64,000 nt of DNA from Aquificaceae bacterium (GCA_037925075.1 JAXSNR010000002.1:640001-704000); one strand, 5' to 3'; counted from the stretch's first letter, positions 23,946 to 35,092 are shown. Notes: generated by a model from the letters alone, not told the origin. Made by a program: numbers and translations.

Positions 23946-24881
23946 ATGTTTGGCTCCATAAAACTCTTGACAGGTACAAGCAACCCAAAGCTGGCACAAG
24001 AGGTTTCTGAATACCTTGGCATACCCCTCTCTGATGTGGTGGTGGGGCGATTCAGCGATGGAGAGGTAAGGGTAAAAATAAACGAATCCATGAGAGGGGA
24101 GGATGTGTTTGTAATACAGTCTCTTGGATATCCAGTGAACGAGAGTATAATGGAACTTCTACTTATGCTTGATGCTCTCAAAAGGGCTTCCGCAGGAAGG
24201 ATAACCGCAGTAATTCCCTACTACGCTTACGCGAGGCAGGACAGAAAGGACAAGCCAAGGGTTCCCATAAGTGCTAGGCTTTTAGCAGACCTTATAACAG
24301 TTGCGGGGGCTCAGAGACTCATAATAGTGGACCTACACTCTCCCCAGATTCAGGGCTTTTTTAACATACCTGTGGATAACCTGTACGCCCTAAACGTGCT
24401 TTATGAATACATAAAGAGTAGAGTAGATGAGGATGTAGTGGTGGTTTCGCCAGATGCAGGTGGAGTAGAAAGGGCAAGGCTCCTTGCCAACAAATTGGGC
24501 TGTGGTATTGCCATCATATACAAAAGAAGGCCAGAGCCAAACGTGGCGGAGGTGCTTGACATAATAGGTGATGTAAAAGGCAAAAAGGCCATAATAGTGG
24601 ATGACATCATAGATACCGCAGGTACAGTGGTTGCTGCAACCAACATGTTAATCTCAAAGGGTGCAAAAGGTGTTTTGGTGGCGGCAACCCATGGCATCTT
24701 TTCAGGTCCAGCAATAGACAGGCTTAGAGAGTCACCTGTGGAAGAAGTTATAGTGACCAACAGCCTTAACATGGAAGGTAAGCCTCTTGAAAAGCTCAAG
24801 GTAGTTTCTGTGGCTCCACTTATAGCGGAAGCCATAAAGCGCGCCCATGAAGGTGAATCTATAAGCTCACTTTTTGTATAA
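23946..24881 (+). CDS. prs: Ribose-phosphate pyrophosphokinase
   Basis: FSDGE, YARQDRK, VSPDAGGVERA, VDDIIDTAGT. Confidence 0.98.
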   Translation: MFGSIKLLTGTSNPKLAQEVSEYLGIPLSDVVVGRFSDGEVRVKINESMRGEDVFVIQSLGYPVNESIMELLLMLDALKRASAGRITAVIPYYAYARQDRKDKPRVPISARLLADLITVAGAQRLIIVDLHSPQIQGFFNIPVDNLYALNVLYEYIKSRVDEDVVVVSPDAGGVERARLLANKLGCGIAIIYKRRPEPNVAEVLDIIGDVKGKKAIIVDDIIDTAGTVVAATNMLISKGAKGVLVAATHGIFSGPAIDRLRESPVEEVIVTNSLNMEGKPLEKLKVVSVAPLIAEAIKRAHEGESISSLFV

Positions 24882-24892
24882 AGGAGGTAAGT

Positions 24893-25462
24893 ATGAAAAG
24901 GGTTAGCGTAAAGTTAGTACCTAGGATCATAGGCAAAAAGAGCGAAATAAAGAAGTTCAGAAGGGAAGGCTACGTGCCGGTAGAGGTCTACGGCAAAGAT
25001 GTGGAAAATATGCACGCCTACATAAGCACAAAAGACCTGAAAGCCTTCCCAAAGGGTGAAACCTTCCTCATTGAAGCGGAGATAGATGGAGAAAGAAGGC
25101 TCTGTATTCTCAAAGAAATTCAGACAGGTTGGCTTGGGGATAACCCCATACATGTAGATTTCAATGACATAACCCACGTGAGGGAGCTTGAGTTAGAAGT
25201 GCCTATTGAATTTGTGGGTGTGCCCGCAGGCGTGGGTCTGGGTGGAACCTTTGAACCTCTTATGCATAGCCTTACTGTCAAGGCAAGTGTAGACAAATTG
25301 CCTGATAAGATAACCGTTGATGTAAGCAACTTAGGACTTGGGGATGCCCTTCACGTGAGAGACATTGCCCCACCAGAGGGTTGCATAATAATGGACTCTC
25401 CAGAGGAAACTGTAGCGGTTGTGCTTGAGCCTGAAACGGAGGAAACTACACCCACTGAATGA
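24893..25462 (+). CDS. rplY: 50S ribosomal protein L25/Ctc
   Basis: RREGYVPVEVYG, PIHVDF, LGDALHVRDI; prs-rplY-pth order. Confidence 0.93.
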   Translation: MKRVSVKLVPRIIGKKSEIKKFRREGYVPVEVYGKDVENMHAYISTKDLKAFPKGETFLIEAEIDGERRLCILKEIQTGWLGDNPIHVDFNDITHVRELELEVPIEFVGVPAGVGLGGTFEPLMHSLTVKASVDKLPDKITVDVSNLGLGDALHVRDIAPPEGCIIMDSPEETVAVVLEPETEETTPTE

Positions 25463-26028
25463 TAAGGCTTCTTGTAGGTCTTGGTAATCCGGGTAAAAAG
25501 TACGCAAAGACACGCCATAATGTGGGCTTTATGGTTGTGGATGAGTTTCTCAGAAAATTGAGAGTTCAGGACTACTCGGAGGAATGCCTTTCCCATCTCT
25601 ACAGGTTAAAGATTGAGGGAAGGGAGGTGCTCGTGGCAAAGCCACAAACCTACATGAACAACTCAGGGCTTGCGGTTGTTAACCTTCTTGAAGAATACCA
25701 CATAAGTCCGGAGGAGATTTTGGTTATTTACGATGACTTGGACCTTCCCCTTGGGAGGCTACGGCTAAGAGCGGAAGGAAGTAGTGGAGGCCATCATGGT
25801 ATGGAATCAATAATAAGGGAGATAAAGACGGAAAAGTTTCCAAGGCTAAGGGTGGGCATAGGCAGGCCAAGGGATAAGGACAAGGTTGTGGATTACGTGC
25901 TTTCTCCATTTAATGAAGAGGAAGGTCCGGTGCTTGCAAAGGTGCTAAAAAGGGCAAGCGAGTGCCTGTTGAGATGCATAGAGTATGGCATAGAAGAAAG
26001 TATGAACTTTTGCAACGCTCCTGTGTAA
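25459..26028 (+). CDS. pth: Peptidyl-tRNA hydrolase
   Basis: VGLGNPG, TRHNVGF, KPQTYMNNSG, GGHHG, RLRVGIGRP. Confidence 0.97.
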   Translation: MIRLLVGLGNPGKKYAKTRHNVGFMVVDEFLRKLRVQDYSEECLSHLYRLKIEGREVLVAKPQTYMNNSGLAVVNLLEEYHISPEEILVIYDDLDLPLGRLRLRAEGSSGGHHGMESIIREIKTEKFPRLRVGIGRPRDKDKVVDYVLSPFNEEEGPVLAKVLKRASECLLRCIEYGIEESMNFCNAPV

Positions 26029-26049
26029 AATAAAAAAGGAGGTGCAAAG

Positions 26050-26574
26050 ATGAATTTGAAAAACATTCCTCCCGGTAAAAACCCACCAGAGGACATTTAC
26101 GTAGTTGTTGAAATACCCCAAGACAGCCCCATAAAGTACGAGCTTGACAAGGAAAGCGGTGCGGTCTTTGTGGATAGGTTCCTTTTTACCGCCATGCACT
26201 ACCCTTTTAACTACGGCTTTATACCCCAGACCCTTGCGGACGATGGAGACCCGGTGGATGTGTTGGTGATATCGCGCTATCCTGTGGTGCCCGGTAGCGT
26301 AATGAGGTGCAGACCCATAGGTGCATTGCAGATGAGGGACGAAGAAGGTGTAGATACAAAGCTTTTGGCGGTACCACACAGCAAGTTAGACCCTACTTAT
26401 GATCCCATAAAGTCCTTTGAAGACCTACCAGAAATAACCCTAAACAGGATAAAGCACTTCTTTGAACACTACAAGGAGCTTGAACCCGGCAAATGGGTAA
26501 AAGTGGAAGACTTTAAGGGTTTAGACTTTGCTTATGAGGAGATAAGGAAGGGCATTGAAAACTACAAGAAGTGA
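26050..26574 (+). CDS. ppa: Inorganic pyrophosphatase (family I)
   Basis: [32 protein letters not shown]. Confidence 0.97.
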   Translation: MNLKNIPPGKNPPEDIYVVVEIPQDSPIKYELDKESGAVFVDRFLFTAMHYPFNYGFIPQTLADDGDPVDVLVISRYPVVPGSVMRCRPIGALQMRDEEGVDTKLLAVPHSKLDPTYDPIKSFEDLPEITLNRIKHFFEHYKELEPGKWVKVEDFKGLDFAYEEIRKGIENYKK

Positions 26575-27536
26575 TGGATGATATCCTAAAAAAGGCAAGA
26601 AGGGTCTTTGAAATAGAGATAGAGGCTCTAAAAAAGCTTAGAGATAACCTTGATGAGAACTTTGTAAGGGCTATAGAGCTGATACTTAACTGTAAAGGCA
26701 AGGTTATTACCACTGGCGTTGGTAAATCTGGACATATAGCAAGAAAAGTGGCATCAACCCTTTCCAGCACTGGCACACCTGCTCACTTTTTACATCCCGC
26801 GGAAGCCCTACACGGAGACCTTGGAGTTATAGACTCTGGAGATGTGGTGCTTGCCCTTTCAAACAGCGGTGAATCTCCAGAGGTAAATTCCATCATACCT
26901 TATATAAAGCTTCTAGGAGTACCCCTCATATCCATAACAAACAATCCAAACTCCACCTTAGCAAAGCATTCCGATGTGCATATATTCCTTTCTGTGGAAA
27001 AAGAAGCATGCCCTTTACAGCTTGCACCTACGAGCTCTTCCACCGCATCCCTTGTGCTTGGAGACGCCCTTGCCATGGTTTTATTGGAGCTAAAGGGCTT
27101 TACTGAAAAAGACTTTGCTCTTAGACATCCGGCGGGGTCTCTCGGAAGAAAACTTAGGCAGGTGGCAGACTTGTGTCATATAGGTGAAGAGGTACCCGTG
27201 GTGAGAGAAGACACTCCCATGAAGGAAGCCATAATTGAGATGACCAGCAAGGGCTTTGGTGCTACCGCGGTGGTGGACAAAAACAATAAACTTGTGGGCA
27301 TAATAACCGATGGCGACCTGAGGAGGTTTGTAAACAAAGGTGGAAACTTTGATACAAGCTATGCCAGAGATGTGATGACCTCAAACCCAAAGACCGCACG
27401 CATGGAGGAGCTTGCCGCTGAGGCACTCAGAAGAATGGAAGAGTATAAGATAACAGTCCTTATAGTGGTAGATGAGAACAAAACTCCTGTGGGTATAATA
27501 CACATGCACGATATACTCAAGGCGGGCATAATATGA
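26574..27536 (+). CDS. kdsD: Arabinose-5-phosphate isomerase (KpsF/GutQ)
   Basis: [37 protein letters not shown] and a CBS pair. Confidence 0.93.
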   Translation: MDDILKKARRVFEIEIEALKKLRDNLDENFVRAIELILNCKGKVITTGVGKSGHIARKVASTLSSTGTPAHFLHPAEALHGDLGVIDSGDVVLALSNSGESPEVNSIIPYIKLLGVPLISITNNPNSTLAKHSDVHIFLSVEKEACPLQLAPTSSSTASLVLGDALAMVLLELKGFTEKDFALRHPAGSLGRKLRQVADLCHIGEEVPVVREDTPMKEAIIEMTSKGFGATAVVDKNNKLVGIITDGDLRRFVNKGGNFDTSYARDVMTSNPKTARMEELAAEALRRMEEYKITVLIVVDENKTPVGIIHMHDILKAGII

Positions 27537-28666
27537 AAAAGCTTGGAGTTTTGGGTTCTACTGGTTCTGTGGGAAGTCAAACCCTTGAGGTGGTGAAGGC
27601 ATACAGAGAAGACTTTGAGCTTGTTGGCTTACTTGCAAAAAGGGCATCGGAAAAGCTTTTACTTCAGGCAATAGAGCTAAAGCCAAGGTTTGTATCCTGC
27701 TACGAAGAGCCCTCAAAGGACTGGCTCTCAAAACTTCCAGATGGAACCACTTTTCTCAAAGGTGAAGAGGGGCTTGTTGCCATCTTGGAAGGTTCAGAGG
27801 TGGTGATGAACGCCATATCGGGAACGGATGGCATACTGCCCACGTACCTTGTGCTTAAGGAGGGTAAAAGGCTTTTGGCTTCCAACAAGGAATCCCTTAT
27901 ATGTCTGAGAAATCTTGTAAGGGAAAACAGGGAAAGAATATTGCCCGTAGACAGCGAGCACAACGCCCTTTTTCAGATAATGCTAAATCTCAAATCAGAG
28001 GAGATTAAAAAGGTCTACCTTACCGCCTCTGGAGGACCCTTTAGAGAAAAAAGCTTGGAAGAGCTAAGACATGTAAGCGTAGAAGATGCCCTCAAGCATC
28101 CCACTTGGAAAATGGGTGCCAAGATAACCGTTGATTCTGCCACACTTATGAACAAGGGTATGGAGCTTATAGAAGCCATAAACTTCTTTGACCTTGAGGT
28201 AGAAAAGCTTGAGGTGGTCATACATCCACAAAGCGTAGTGCATGGTATCGTGGAGCTAATAGATGGTAGCTTTCTGTTCCACACCTCTCAAACGGATATG
28301 AGAATTCCCATACTATATAGCCTCTACTACCCAGAAAGGAAAGCCTTTCCCTTTGAGAAAAAAAGCCTTTTGGAGCTTTCTCCCATAACCTTTGAAAGGG
28401 TGGATATGGAAAAGTTCAGAAGTGTTTCACTGTGTAGGTGGGTTGCCCTTATGGGTGGTGTGTATCCTGCAGTGCTGGTAGGTGCGGATCAGATAGCGGT
28501 TGAGCTTTTCCTACAGGGGAAAATAGGCTTTTTGGACATTGTAAGCCTTGTGGAAGAGGTACTAAGCTCTGTAGACCTAAAGGAGCCAGAAAACATTGAA
28601 GAGGTGCTCTTTGCCATAGATTGGGCGTACAGAAAAGGCAAAGAACTTTTAGAGGTGGTTGGATGA
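27533..28666 (+). CDS. dxr: 1-deoxy-D-xylulose-5-phosphate reductoisomerase
   Basis: [39 protein letters not shown]. Confidence 0.97.
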   Translation: MKKLGVLGSTGSVGSQTLEVVKAYREDFELVGLLAKRASEKLLLQAIELKPRFVSCYEEPSKDWLSKLPDGTTFLKGEEGLVAILEGSEVVMNAISGTDGILPTYLVLKEGKRLLASNKESLICLRNLVRENRERILPVDSEHNALFQIMLNLKSEEIKKVYLTASGGPFREKSLEELRHVSVEDALKHPTWKMGAKITVDSATLMNKGMELIEAINFFDLEVEKLEVVIHPQSVVHGIVELIDGSFLFHTSQTDMRIPILYSLYYPERKAFPFEKKSLLELSPITFERVDMEKFRSVSLCRWVALMGGVYPAVLVGADQIAVELFLQGKIGFLDIVSLVEEVLSSVDLKEPENIEEVLFAIDWAYRKGKELLEVVG

Positions 28667-30402
28667 AGCCTATTTTCTTTGCCTTGGGCTTTGTATTTTT
28701 TTGCTTCTTACCCTTTTATCTGGTTTCATCCCCAAGTGGTGGGGGTGTGTCCTTTGTAAGGATAAATCCAGAGGATTTTCAAACAAAGGAGGGAAAAGAA
28801 GGTGGAGAGATCAGACTTTTGCTAAGCTCTGACCCAAGAACCCTGAACCCAGCCATAGCTCAGGAAACCTCTTCCACCGCAGTGCTTTCGGACCTATTCA
28901 CAGGGCTTACAAAGATAGACCTTAAAACCATGCAAGTAGTCCCAGACCTTGCGGAAGGCTGGGAAGAGAAGGAGGGTGGAAGGATATACGTTTTTCACCT
29001 TAAAAAAGGTATAAGGTGGAGCGATGGAGAGCCCTTTACCGCGGAGGATGTGGTCTTTACCTACAGGGACATATACCTAAATCCAAACATACCCAACTCC
29101 ACCGGAGATATGTTCAAGGGTATTCTTAAAAGTCAAGAAGAAATAAAAAACTTTGTGAAAAAGCTGGATGACCATAAGGTGGAGTTTAGACTTCCAGAGC
29201 CTTTTGCACCCTTTTTGAACGCCCTGTCCGCATCCATACTTCCAAAGCACAAGCTTGAAAGGTTTGTAAAAGAAGGCACCTTTATGACCGCATGGAACGT
29301 AAACACAGACCCAAAGGAGATCGTAGGTACAGGTCCCTACATGCTCAAAAGGTATGTGAAAGGGGTTATGGTGGAATACGAGGCAAACTCTTACTACTAT
29401 GAGACAGATAACTCAGGAAGGAGGCTTCCCTACATAAAGAGAAAAATAGGCTACATAGTGCAAGACCCAGACACTGCACTTTTGAAGTATTCCCTTGGAG
29501 AGATTGATTACATGGGCGTAAGGCCTCAAGATGTGCTTTTTATGAGTAGGGTAAAGGAAACCACTCTGTACGACCTTGGACCAACACCCTCCACCACCTT
29601 TTTGGTGTTCAATCAAAACCCCAGCTCAAGCATACCAAAGCATAAACTAAAATGGTTTCAGAACAGAGAATTCAGAAGAGCTATATCTCATGCCATAGAC
29701 AGGGAGGGCATGTGCTACCTTGTTTATAATGGCCTTGCTGAGCCTCTGTATGGTCCTGTGACACCCGCCAACAGACCCTACTACACGGAAGGGCTTTTCC
29801 CAGTCTACGAATACAACCTAAAAAAGGCAAGGGCTATCCTTGAAAGCATTGGCTTTAGGGACAAAAACCGCGACGGTTGGTTAGAGGACCCAGAGGGCCA
29901 TACCCTTGAAATAGTGCTTCTCACAAACGCAGGCAACAAAGAAAGGGAAGCCATGGGAAACATGATAAAGGAAGACCTTGAAAAAATAGGGATAAAGGTA
30001 ATCTTCAGACCCATAGACTTTAACAGTCTTGTGGGCAGGCTCACCTCTCCACCTTACGATTGGGAAACGGTGATAATCGGGCTTACGGGCTCCATGGACC
30101 CACACTTTGGAAGGAACGTCTGGCACTCTTCTGGCACACTTCACATGTGGAACCCAAGACAGAAAACTCCTCATACAGAATGGGAAAGGAAAGTTGATGA
30201 ACTTTTTGACATGGGGGCAAGGGAGACAAACCATAAAAAAAGAGTAGAAATATACAGGTCCGCCTACCGCACAATAGCACAGGAACAACCCATGATATTC
30301 TTAACAACACCGAAAAGCATGCTTGCGGTAAGAAACAAGGTTGAAAACCTCTTCCCCACAGTTTGGGGCTGGTACAAGGAAGAAGCACTATCTGTTAGGT
30401 GA
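28663..30402 (+). CDS. ABC transporter substrate-binding protein, family 5 (peptide/nickel)
   Basis: DPRTLNP, PDLAEGW, WSDGEPFTAEDVVFT, VGTGPY, FRRAISHAIDR; ATG at 28663 overlaps the dxr stop. Confidence 0.88.
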   Translation: MKPIFFALGFVFFCFLPFYLVSSPSGGGVSFVRINPEDFQTKEGKEGGEIRLLLSSDPRTLNPAIAQETSSTAVLSDLFTGLTKIDLKTMQVVPDLAEGWEEKEGGRIYVFHLKKGIRWSDGEPFTAEDVVFTYRDIYLNPNIPNSTGDMFKGILKSQEEIKNFVKKLDDHKVEFRLPEPFAPFLNALSASILPKHKLERFVKEGTFMTAWNVNTDPKEIVGTGPYMLKRYVKGVMVEYEANSYYYETDNSGRRLPYIKRKIGYIVQDPDTALLKYSLGEIDYMGVRPQDVLFMSRVKETTLYDLGPTPSTTFLVFNQNPSSSIPKHKLKWFQNREFRRAISHAIDREGMCYLVYNGLAEPLYGPVTPANRPYYTEGLFPVYEYNLKKARAILESIGFRDKNRDGWLEDPEGHTLEIVLLTNAGNKEREAMGNMIKEDLEKIGIKVIFRPIDFNSLVGRLTSPPYDWETVIIGLTGSMDPHFGRNVWHSSGTLHMWNPRQKTPHTEWERKVDELFDMGARETNHKKRVEIYRSAYRTIAQEQPMIFLTTPKSMLAVRNKVENLFPTVWGWYKEEALSVR

Positions 30403-31798
30403 TGAGCTCGTTTAGCCTTTCTTTTAGCACCTTGTAAGCTTCTTCTCTTACTATCCGGCTTACATCCACTTTTGATAAAACCTCGTTGACCTTCTCCCTT
30501 AAAACCTCTTCCAGTTTTCTTTCAAGAGCAGAGGATAATTGTCTGGTTATCTCTTCTGGGCTAAGGATGCTAAGCAGAGTAGAATGAAGCTTTTCTTGAG
30601 ATAGTTGCTCTTTGATTAAATCTTTTAGCGCTGTTGCGAAGCTTTCCGCTATTTTTTCCATATGGACTATGCCTTCAGAAATTACAGGCTCTTCTCGCAT
30701 CTCAGGTACTTCTTCTACAGAAGATGTATAGGATATGCTTTCAGGAATTGAAGGTTCTTCTAACATCTTAGGTTCTTCTTCTACAAAGGCTGGCGGTTTT
30801 TCCTCTTCAACGCTAGCACCTACTAGCTCTTCAAGTAGTCCCATTATGCCCTTATCCTCTTCCTCTGTGAACACAGGTTCAAGCTCCATAGGTAGGGGCT
30901 CCTCAAGAGGAGGTGTTTCCAGCATAGCTTCTGCAGGGTGTTCTATAGGATATCCTTCCGCAAGTTCTATAATCTTCTCTATTGCTTTACTTAGTTCCGC
31001 CTCCCTTGCAAAGCTGTACTTTTTCTCAAGGGGGATGCTTTCCACATCTATGGTAAAGAGTTCATCAATTAAAAGAACGTAGGGCTTTTTTGCTAAGATC
31101 TCATCCTTTGACATATCCATAAGGGTTCTATAAGCCAGCATTCCGGAAATGGTATCGAAGAGGATTATATCCGCATCCTTTGCCTTCTCAAGGGCCTCCT
31201 TAATACCCTTAGCTTCTAATATGTCGATCTTTTCTGAGAGGGCTTCTCTTACGTTGTTTATAAGAGCGGTATCAAAAGAGACTAAGAGTAGCTTTTTGTG
31301 AAGCTTTCCTTCTTCTTGAGGCAATGCAGGTTCAATAGGCAGTTCAAGGTCGAACTCTCTAAAGCCTACCATATTCTCCGTGTAAGTAGAGAGATCTTCA
31401 CCCGAAGGTACCTCCTCCAGTTGTTCTGAGAGTAAGTCCTGTGGTTGCTCTTCTACCACCTCTGGTTCGCTTACTATCGCGTCGATGATTTTAGCTAGCA
31501 CTTCATCCCTCATCACCTTTATTTTCTTTGGAGGCATTATGTTGTTCATGTCTACAGGAAATAGGTCGTCCACAAGGATTATATACTTTGAATCCTTAAA
31601 TTTCTGCTTATACATGTTGTTTATGTCCTCTTCTGATATGGAGCCAGAGACTGCATCGTATATAACCACATCCATGTAAGAAGAAACTGTGTTTATGGCT
31701 TCCTCGCCGTTTTTCACATCCATTACGTTGTAATCTTTCAGAACTTCTTTAACTTTGTTAATTAGACTTTTATCAAAGGAGACTATGAGTATGTTCAT
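30395..31798 (-). CDS. Hypothetical protein with two atypical receiver-like domains, acidic Pro/Glu linkers and a helical C-terminus
   Basis: Internal repeat ILIVSFDKSLINKV / LLLVSFDTALINNV, VIYD / ILFD, YIILVDDLF / YVLLIDELF. Confidence 0.7.
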   Translation of the reverse strand: MNILIVSFDKSLINKVKEVLKDYNVMDVKNGEEAINTVSSYMDVVIYDAVSGSISEEDINNMYKQKFKDSKYIILVDDLFPVDMNNIMPPKKIKVMRDEVLAKIIDAIVSEPEVVEEQPQDLLSEQLEEVPSGEDLSTYTENMVGFREFDLELPIEPALPQEEGKLHKKLLLVSFDTALINNVREALSEKIDILEAKGIKEALEKAKDADIILFDTISGMLAYRTLMDMSKDEILAKKPYVLLIDELFTIDVESIPLEKKYSFAREAELSKAIEKIIELAEGYPIEHPAEAMLETPPLEEPLPMELEPVFTEEEDKGIMGLLEELVGASVEEEKPPAFVEEEPKMLEEPSIPESISYTSSVEEVPEMREEPVISEGIVHMEKIAESFATALKDLIKEQLSQEKLHSTLLSILSPEEITRQLSSALERKLEEVLREKVNEVLSKVDVSRIVREEAYKVLKERLNELIT

Positions 31799-32382
31799 GG
31801 CCTACCCTCCATTTTTTTAATTATATCGTCCAGTATCTTTTTTGCTTCAAACAAACTCTCCTTAGGTATGAGACCACTCATAGCAAAGGCTACCCTTAAA
31901 GCCTTCAACTTCCTTTTTAGCTCTTCCCGTAGCAGAAAATCCGCTCCCCTGTCCTTCTTAAATAGCAGGACTAGCCCAAAAATAAACAAGATAAAGCCCG
32001 AAAGGGAAACACCTAAGGCAAAGGGTCTTTCAAGGAAGGCACTCAGATATTCTGGAAAACTTACCCTCTTTATGTATGCATAGGCGTAATCCCTACCTTT
32101 GCTGTAGCTCGTGCCTATAAAGTCTTCTACTTTAAGAGGTGCTATGGCGTTGTTTGTGGTTATAACCTTACCAGTCTCAGTCCTGAATACAAACACGTTC
32201 TCGTCCGCCCAGTTCAGCCTTATTAGGGTATCTCCAGAGTGAAGACCATGTAAGAACTTGGCTACGTTTTCTCCTATTCTTGATATCTTTGCGTTTGCAT
32301 ATATTTCAAAGGCCATCCACTGCCCCACAAATAAGACCAAGGCACCAAACAACACCAAGAAAGGTGCTAAAGCTTTCCCCAT
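31795..32382 (-). CDS. Hypothetical membrane protein (two TM helices around a periplasmic region, short cytoplasmic helix)
   Basis: Hydrophobic segments near the N-terminus and at about residues 121-141; overlaps the next gene by 4 nt. Confidence 0.65.
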   Translation of the reverse strand: MGKALAPFLVLFGALVLFVGQWMAFEIYANAKISRIGENVAKFLHGLHSGDTLIRLNWADENVFVFRTETGKVITTNNAIAPLKVEDFIGTSYSKGRDYAYAYIKRVSFPEYLSAFLERPFALGVSLSGFILFIFGLVLLFKKDRGADFLLREELKRKLKALRVAFAMSGLIPKESLFEAKKILDDIIKKMEGRP

Positions 32383-32383
32383 C

Positions 32384-33706
32384 TTAACCTCCTACGGTTA
32401 TACTTTCAACAAGAAGAGAGGGAGAACCTACATTTCCATAAAACCTTAGATCATTCCCCACCTCAACCACAGATCCCCACACATCCCTTATGTTTCCTCC
32501 TATAACGACCCCCCTCACGCCTTTTTGCCTCCTTCCTTGCCTGTATATTATACCAGAAGCACCCAGAGAAAAGTCCCCAGATACCGGGTCTACTGTATGC
32601 AAACCCATTAGGTCTGTGATAAGGAAAACATCTCCTTGAAGTAGGTCTTCAAGACTTTTCATCCCGGGTTCTATGTAAAGGTTTGTTATGCCAGATAGGG
32701 GTAGGCTTCTAAAGCCTTCTCTTAGAGAGTTACCTGTGGGCTCTGCGCCTGACTTAAGGGCGGTGTATGTGCTATGAAGGAAGCCCTTAAAAACACCCTT
32801 ATCTACCACAACCTTTTTGCTCATAGGATAGCCCTCCGCATCCACAGGAAGGCTCATAAAACCACCCTTTAGAGTACCGTCATCTACGATGGTAAGCTTT
32901 TGAGAAAAAACCTCCGTGCCTTCGGTGCCCTTGAGGAAGGTCTTACCCTTTACAAGAGCGTCACCAAGGAATATGGTACTAAAAGCCTCAAGAATCATGG
33001 CAGATGCTTCTCTGAAAAAGACCGCAGGTATTTTGGTGGTTTCCATCTCTGAAGGTTTGAGGGTTGCAGTTGCCTTGAAAACCACATCTCTTATCAAGTT
33101 TTCTAAGGGTAACTCCATGAGAGATCTGGCACCGCAAAACTCGTAAGATATGGATGAGTCCCCATCCTCCTCCGCAAGCACCGCCATCATAAGGGTATAC
33201 CATGTGCCCCTGTAATCGTAAAAAAGCCCGCAAGAGTTAAAACACAATACTTCAAGCTCTGTTTCTTTGAGACTAACTTTTCTCACTCCCTTTACCCTTT
33301 TGTCAAGGCTCTTTGCCCTTTTCTCCAAGCCAATTATTAGGTCTATCTTTTCCTCAAGGGACCTTTTTATGCCTTCCTCGTCGTAAAAGGTTTTTAGCTC
33401 TCCCAAGTTCTTACAGGCACCAAGAGAAAAACCTTCATCTTCTGGTGTTATCTGACAAACTTGTACCGCAATGCTTACACAGTTCTTTACGGAAGATTCC
33501 TCAAGACTTGTAGTGTAAGAAAAACCCATTCTTTTGTCTTTGAAAACTCTTATGCCAACGCCTACCTCTTCAGCCCTAAGGAGGTTTTCCAGCTTTTCTT
33601 CAGAACTTTCAATGTTTGTCTTTTTCCTGCGCTCCATATAGACTTCGTATTCATACCCAGAAGGGATAACTTCTTCTATCCAAGCTTTAAGTCTATCCAT
33701 GCTCAA
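32384..33706 (-). CDS. TldD/PmbA-family protein (PmbA/TldE-like)
   Basis: GVGIRV...GFSYT, LTIVDD, DAEG, GLHTVDPVSGDFSLG, SPSLLV. Confidence 0.88.
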   Translation of the reverse strand: MSMDRLKAWIEEVIPSGYEYEVYMERRKKTNIESSEEKLENLLRAEEVGVGIRVFKDKRMGFSYTTSLEESSVKNCVSIAVQVCQITPEDEGFSLGACKNLGELKTFYDEEGIKRSLEEKIDLIIGLEKRAKSLDKRVKGVRKVSLKETELEVLCFNSCGLFYDYRGTWYTLMMAVLAEEDGDSSISYEFCGARSLMELPLENLIRDVVFKATATLKPSEMETTKIPAVFFREASAMILEAFSTIFLGDALVKGKTFLKGTEGTEVFSQKLTIVDDGTLKGGFMSLPVDAEGYPMSKKVVVDKGVFKGFLHSTYTALKSGAEPTGNSLREGFRSLPLSGITNLYIEPGMKSLEDLLQGDVFLITDLMGLHTVDPVSGDFSLGASGIIYRQGRRQKGVRGVVIGGNIRDVWGSVVEVGNDLRFYGNVGSPSLLVESITVGG

Positions 33707-34446
33707 AATTTTAAGAGAAACAGATAGACTGGTGCAGTAAAAAGTAGAGAGTCAAACCTGTCGGTAAACCCGCCATGCTCTCCCAACACATTGGAAAAAT
33801 CCTTTATACCCACCTGCCTCTTTATAAAGCTTTTAAAAAGGTCTCCCATAAGTGCCATCAGCACCAAAAAGGGTGCCCACAGAATACCCTTAAACCCATG
33901 AGAAAAAGCCATGACAAAAGTGCCCGCAAGGGCACCACCCACAAGTCCTTCCCATGTTTTCTTGGGAGAAAGTCTTGGTGAAAGGGGCCTTTTCCCAAAG
34001 TTCTTTCCCACATAGTAGGAAAAGATGTCCACAGCCCAGACAAAAACCAAAAGTCTCAGCAGGGCATAGCTATTCTCTTTAAGCTCCAACAAAAACACAG
34101 GAAGCACTCCCGCATAGGTGCATACCAAAAGAGCCTTTAGAAAACTGTCCATGGACCACTGCCTCCATCCAGCGTAGAAGGAAAGAAGCAAGACAAAAAT
34201 CAAACCAAGCTCAAGGGAAAAGGAACTAACTAGAAAGGTAAGGGGTGGCATGTACAAAAATTCAAAGTCCAAAGCCTTCGAAAGTTCATAACCTATAAGG
34301 GATAACAGGGCAAGCACGCCAGCGTAAAAAAGGGGATAAGGGGAGAGAACAAAGGCTATGGTTATTAGTCCTACAAGTATTCCTATAAACTCCCTACTCC
34401 TATAGAAGGGCTCCAAATCTCCTCTCCCTTCTTGAAAAGTCTTCAA
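33703..34446 (-). CDS. cdsA: Phosphatidate cytidylyltransferase (start uncertain)
   Basis: SPKKTWEG, GDLFKSFIKR..GIKDFS..LGEHGG..DRFDS; downstream of uppS. Confidence 0.92.
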   Translation of the reverse strand: MKTFQEGRGDLEPFYRSREFIGILVGLITIAFVLSPYPLFYAGVLALLSLIGYELSKALDFEFLYMPPLTFLVSSFSLELGLIFVLLLSFYAGWRQWSMDSFLKALLVCTYAGVLPVFLLELKENSYALLRLLVFVWAVDIFSYYVGKNFGKRPLSPRLSPKKTWEGLVGGALAGTFVMAFSHGFKGILWAPFLVLMALMGDLFKSFIKRQVGIKDFSNVLGEHGGFTDRFDSLLFTAPVYLFLLKF

Positions 34447-35092
34447 GGGCTTTTAAAAGGTCCTCCTTTCGAAAGTCTGGCCAGTAGGTGTCCGTAAAGT
34501 AAAGCTCCGTGTACGCTAAATGCCAAAGGAGGAAGTTGGATATCCTTTTTTCGCCACCGGTTCTTATAAGAAGGTCTGGGTCTGGCACCTCTGGTAGGTC
34601 TGAATATAGCTTAAAGTTTTTCTCCGTGGGCTCAATGCCCAATTCCATGATTTTTTTTACGGCTCTGATTATCTCGTCTCTACCTCCATAATCAATAGCT
34701 AGAAAAACGTGGATTTTCTCCTTTGCTGGTCTTAGCTTTTCAACCCTTTCTATCTCCCTCAGGAGGCTTTCAGATAATCTATCCCGCCTTCCTATAAAGG
34801 AAACCCTTATACCCTTTTCAAGCAGTGTATGGCTTCTCTCTCTGAGATATCCCTCAAGAAGCCTCATCAGACCTTTTACCTCAAACTCCGGCCTTTTCCA
34901 GTTTTCCGTGGAAAAGGTAAAGAGGGTAAGCCACCTTACACCCAGCTCTATACAGGTATCCACCAGCTCCTCACCCCTCTTTACACCTTCATAATGACCC
35001 GCTATTCTTGGAAGCCCCCTCTCCCTTGCCCATCTCCCGTTGCCATCCATTATGACCGCCAAGTGTCTTGGTATCTTCATATCACCTTCCAA
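34400..35092 (-). CDS. uppS: Undecaprenyl diphosphate synthase
   Basis: IMDGNGRWA, FSTENWKRP, DLLIRTGGEKRISNFLLW, RRFG. Confidence 0.96.
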   Translation of the reverse strand: MEGDMKIPRHLAVIMDGNGRWARERGLPRIAGHYEGVKRGEELVDTCIELGVRWLTLFTFSTENWKRPEFEVKGLMRLLEGYLRERSHTLLEKGIRVSFIGRRDRLSESLLREIERVEKLRPAKEKIHVFLAIDYGGRDEIIRAVKKIMELGIEPTEKNFKLYSDLPEVPDPDLLIRTGGEKRISNFLLWHLAYTELYFTDTYWPDFRKEDLLKALEDFSRRERRFGALL

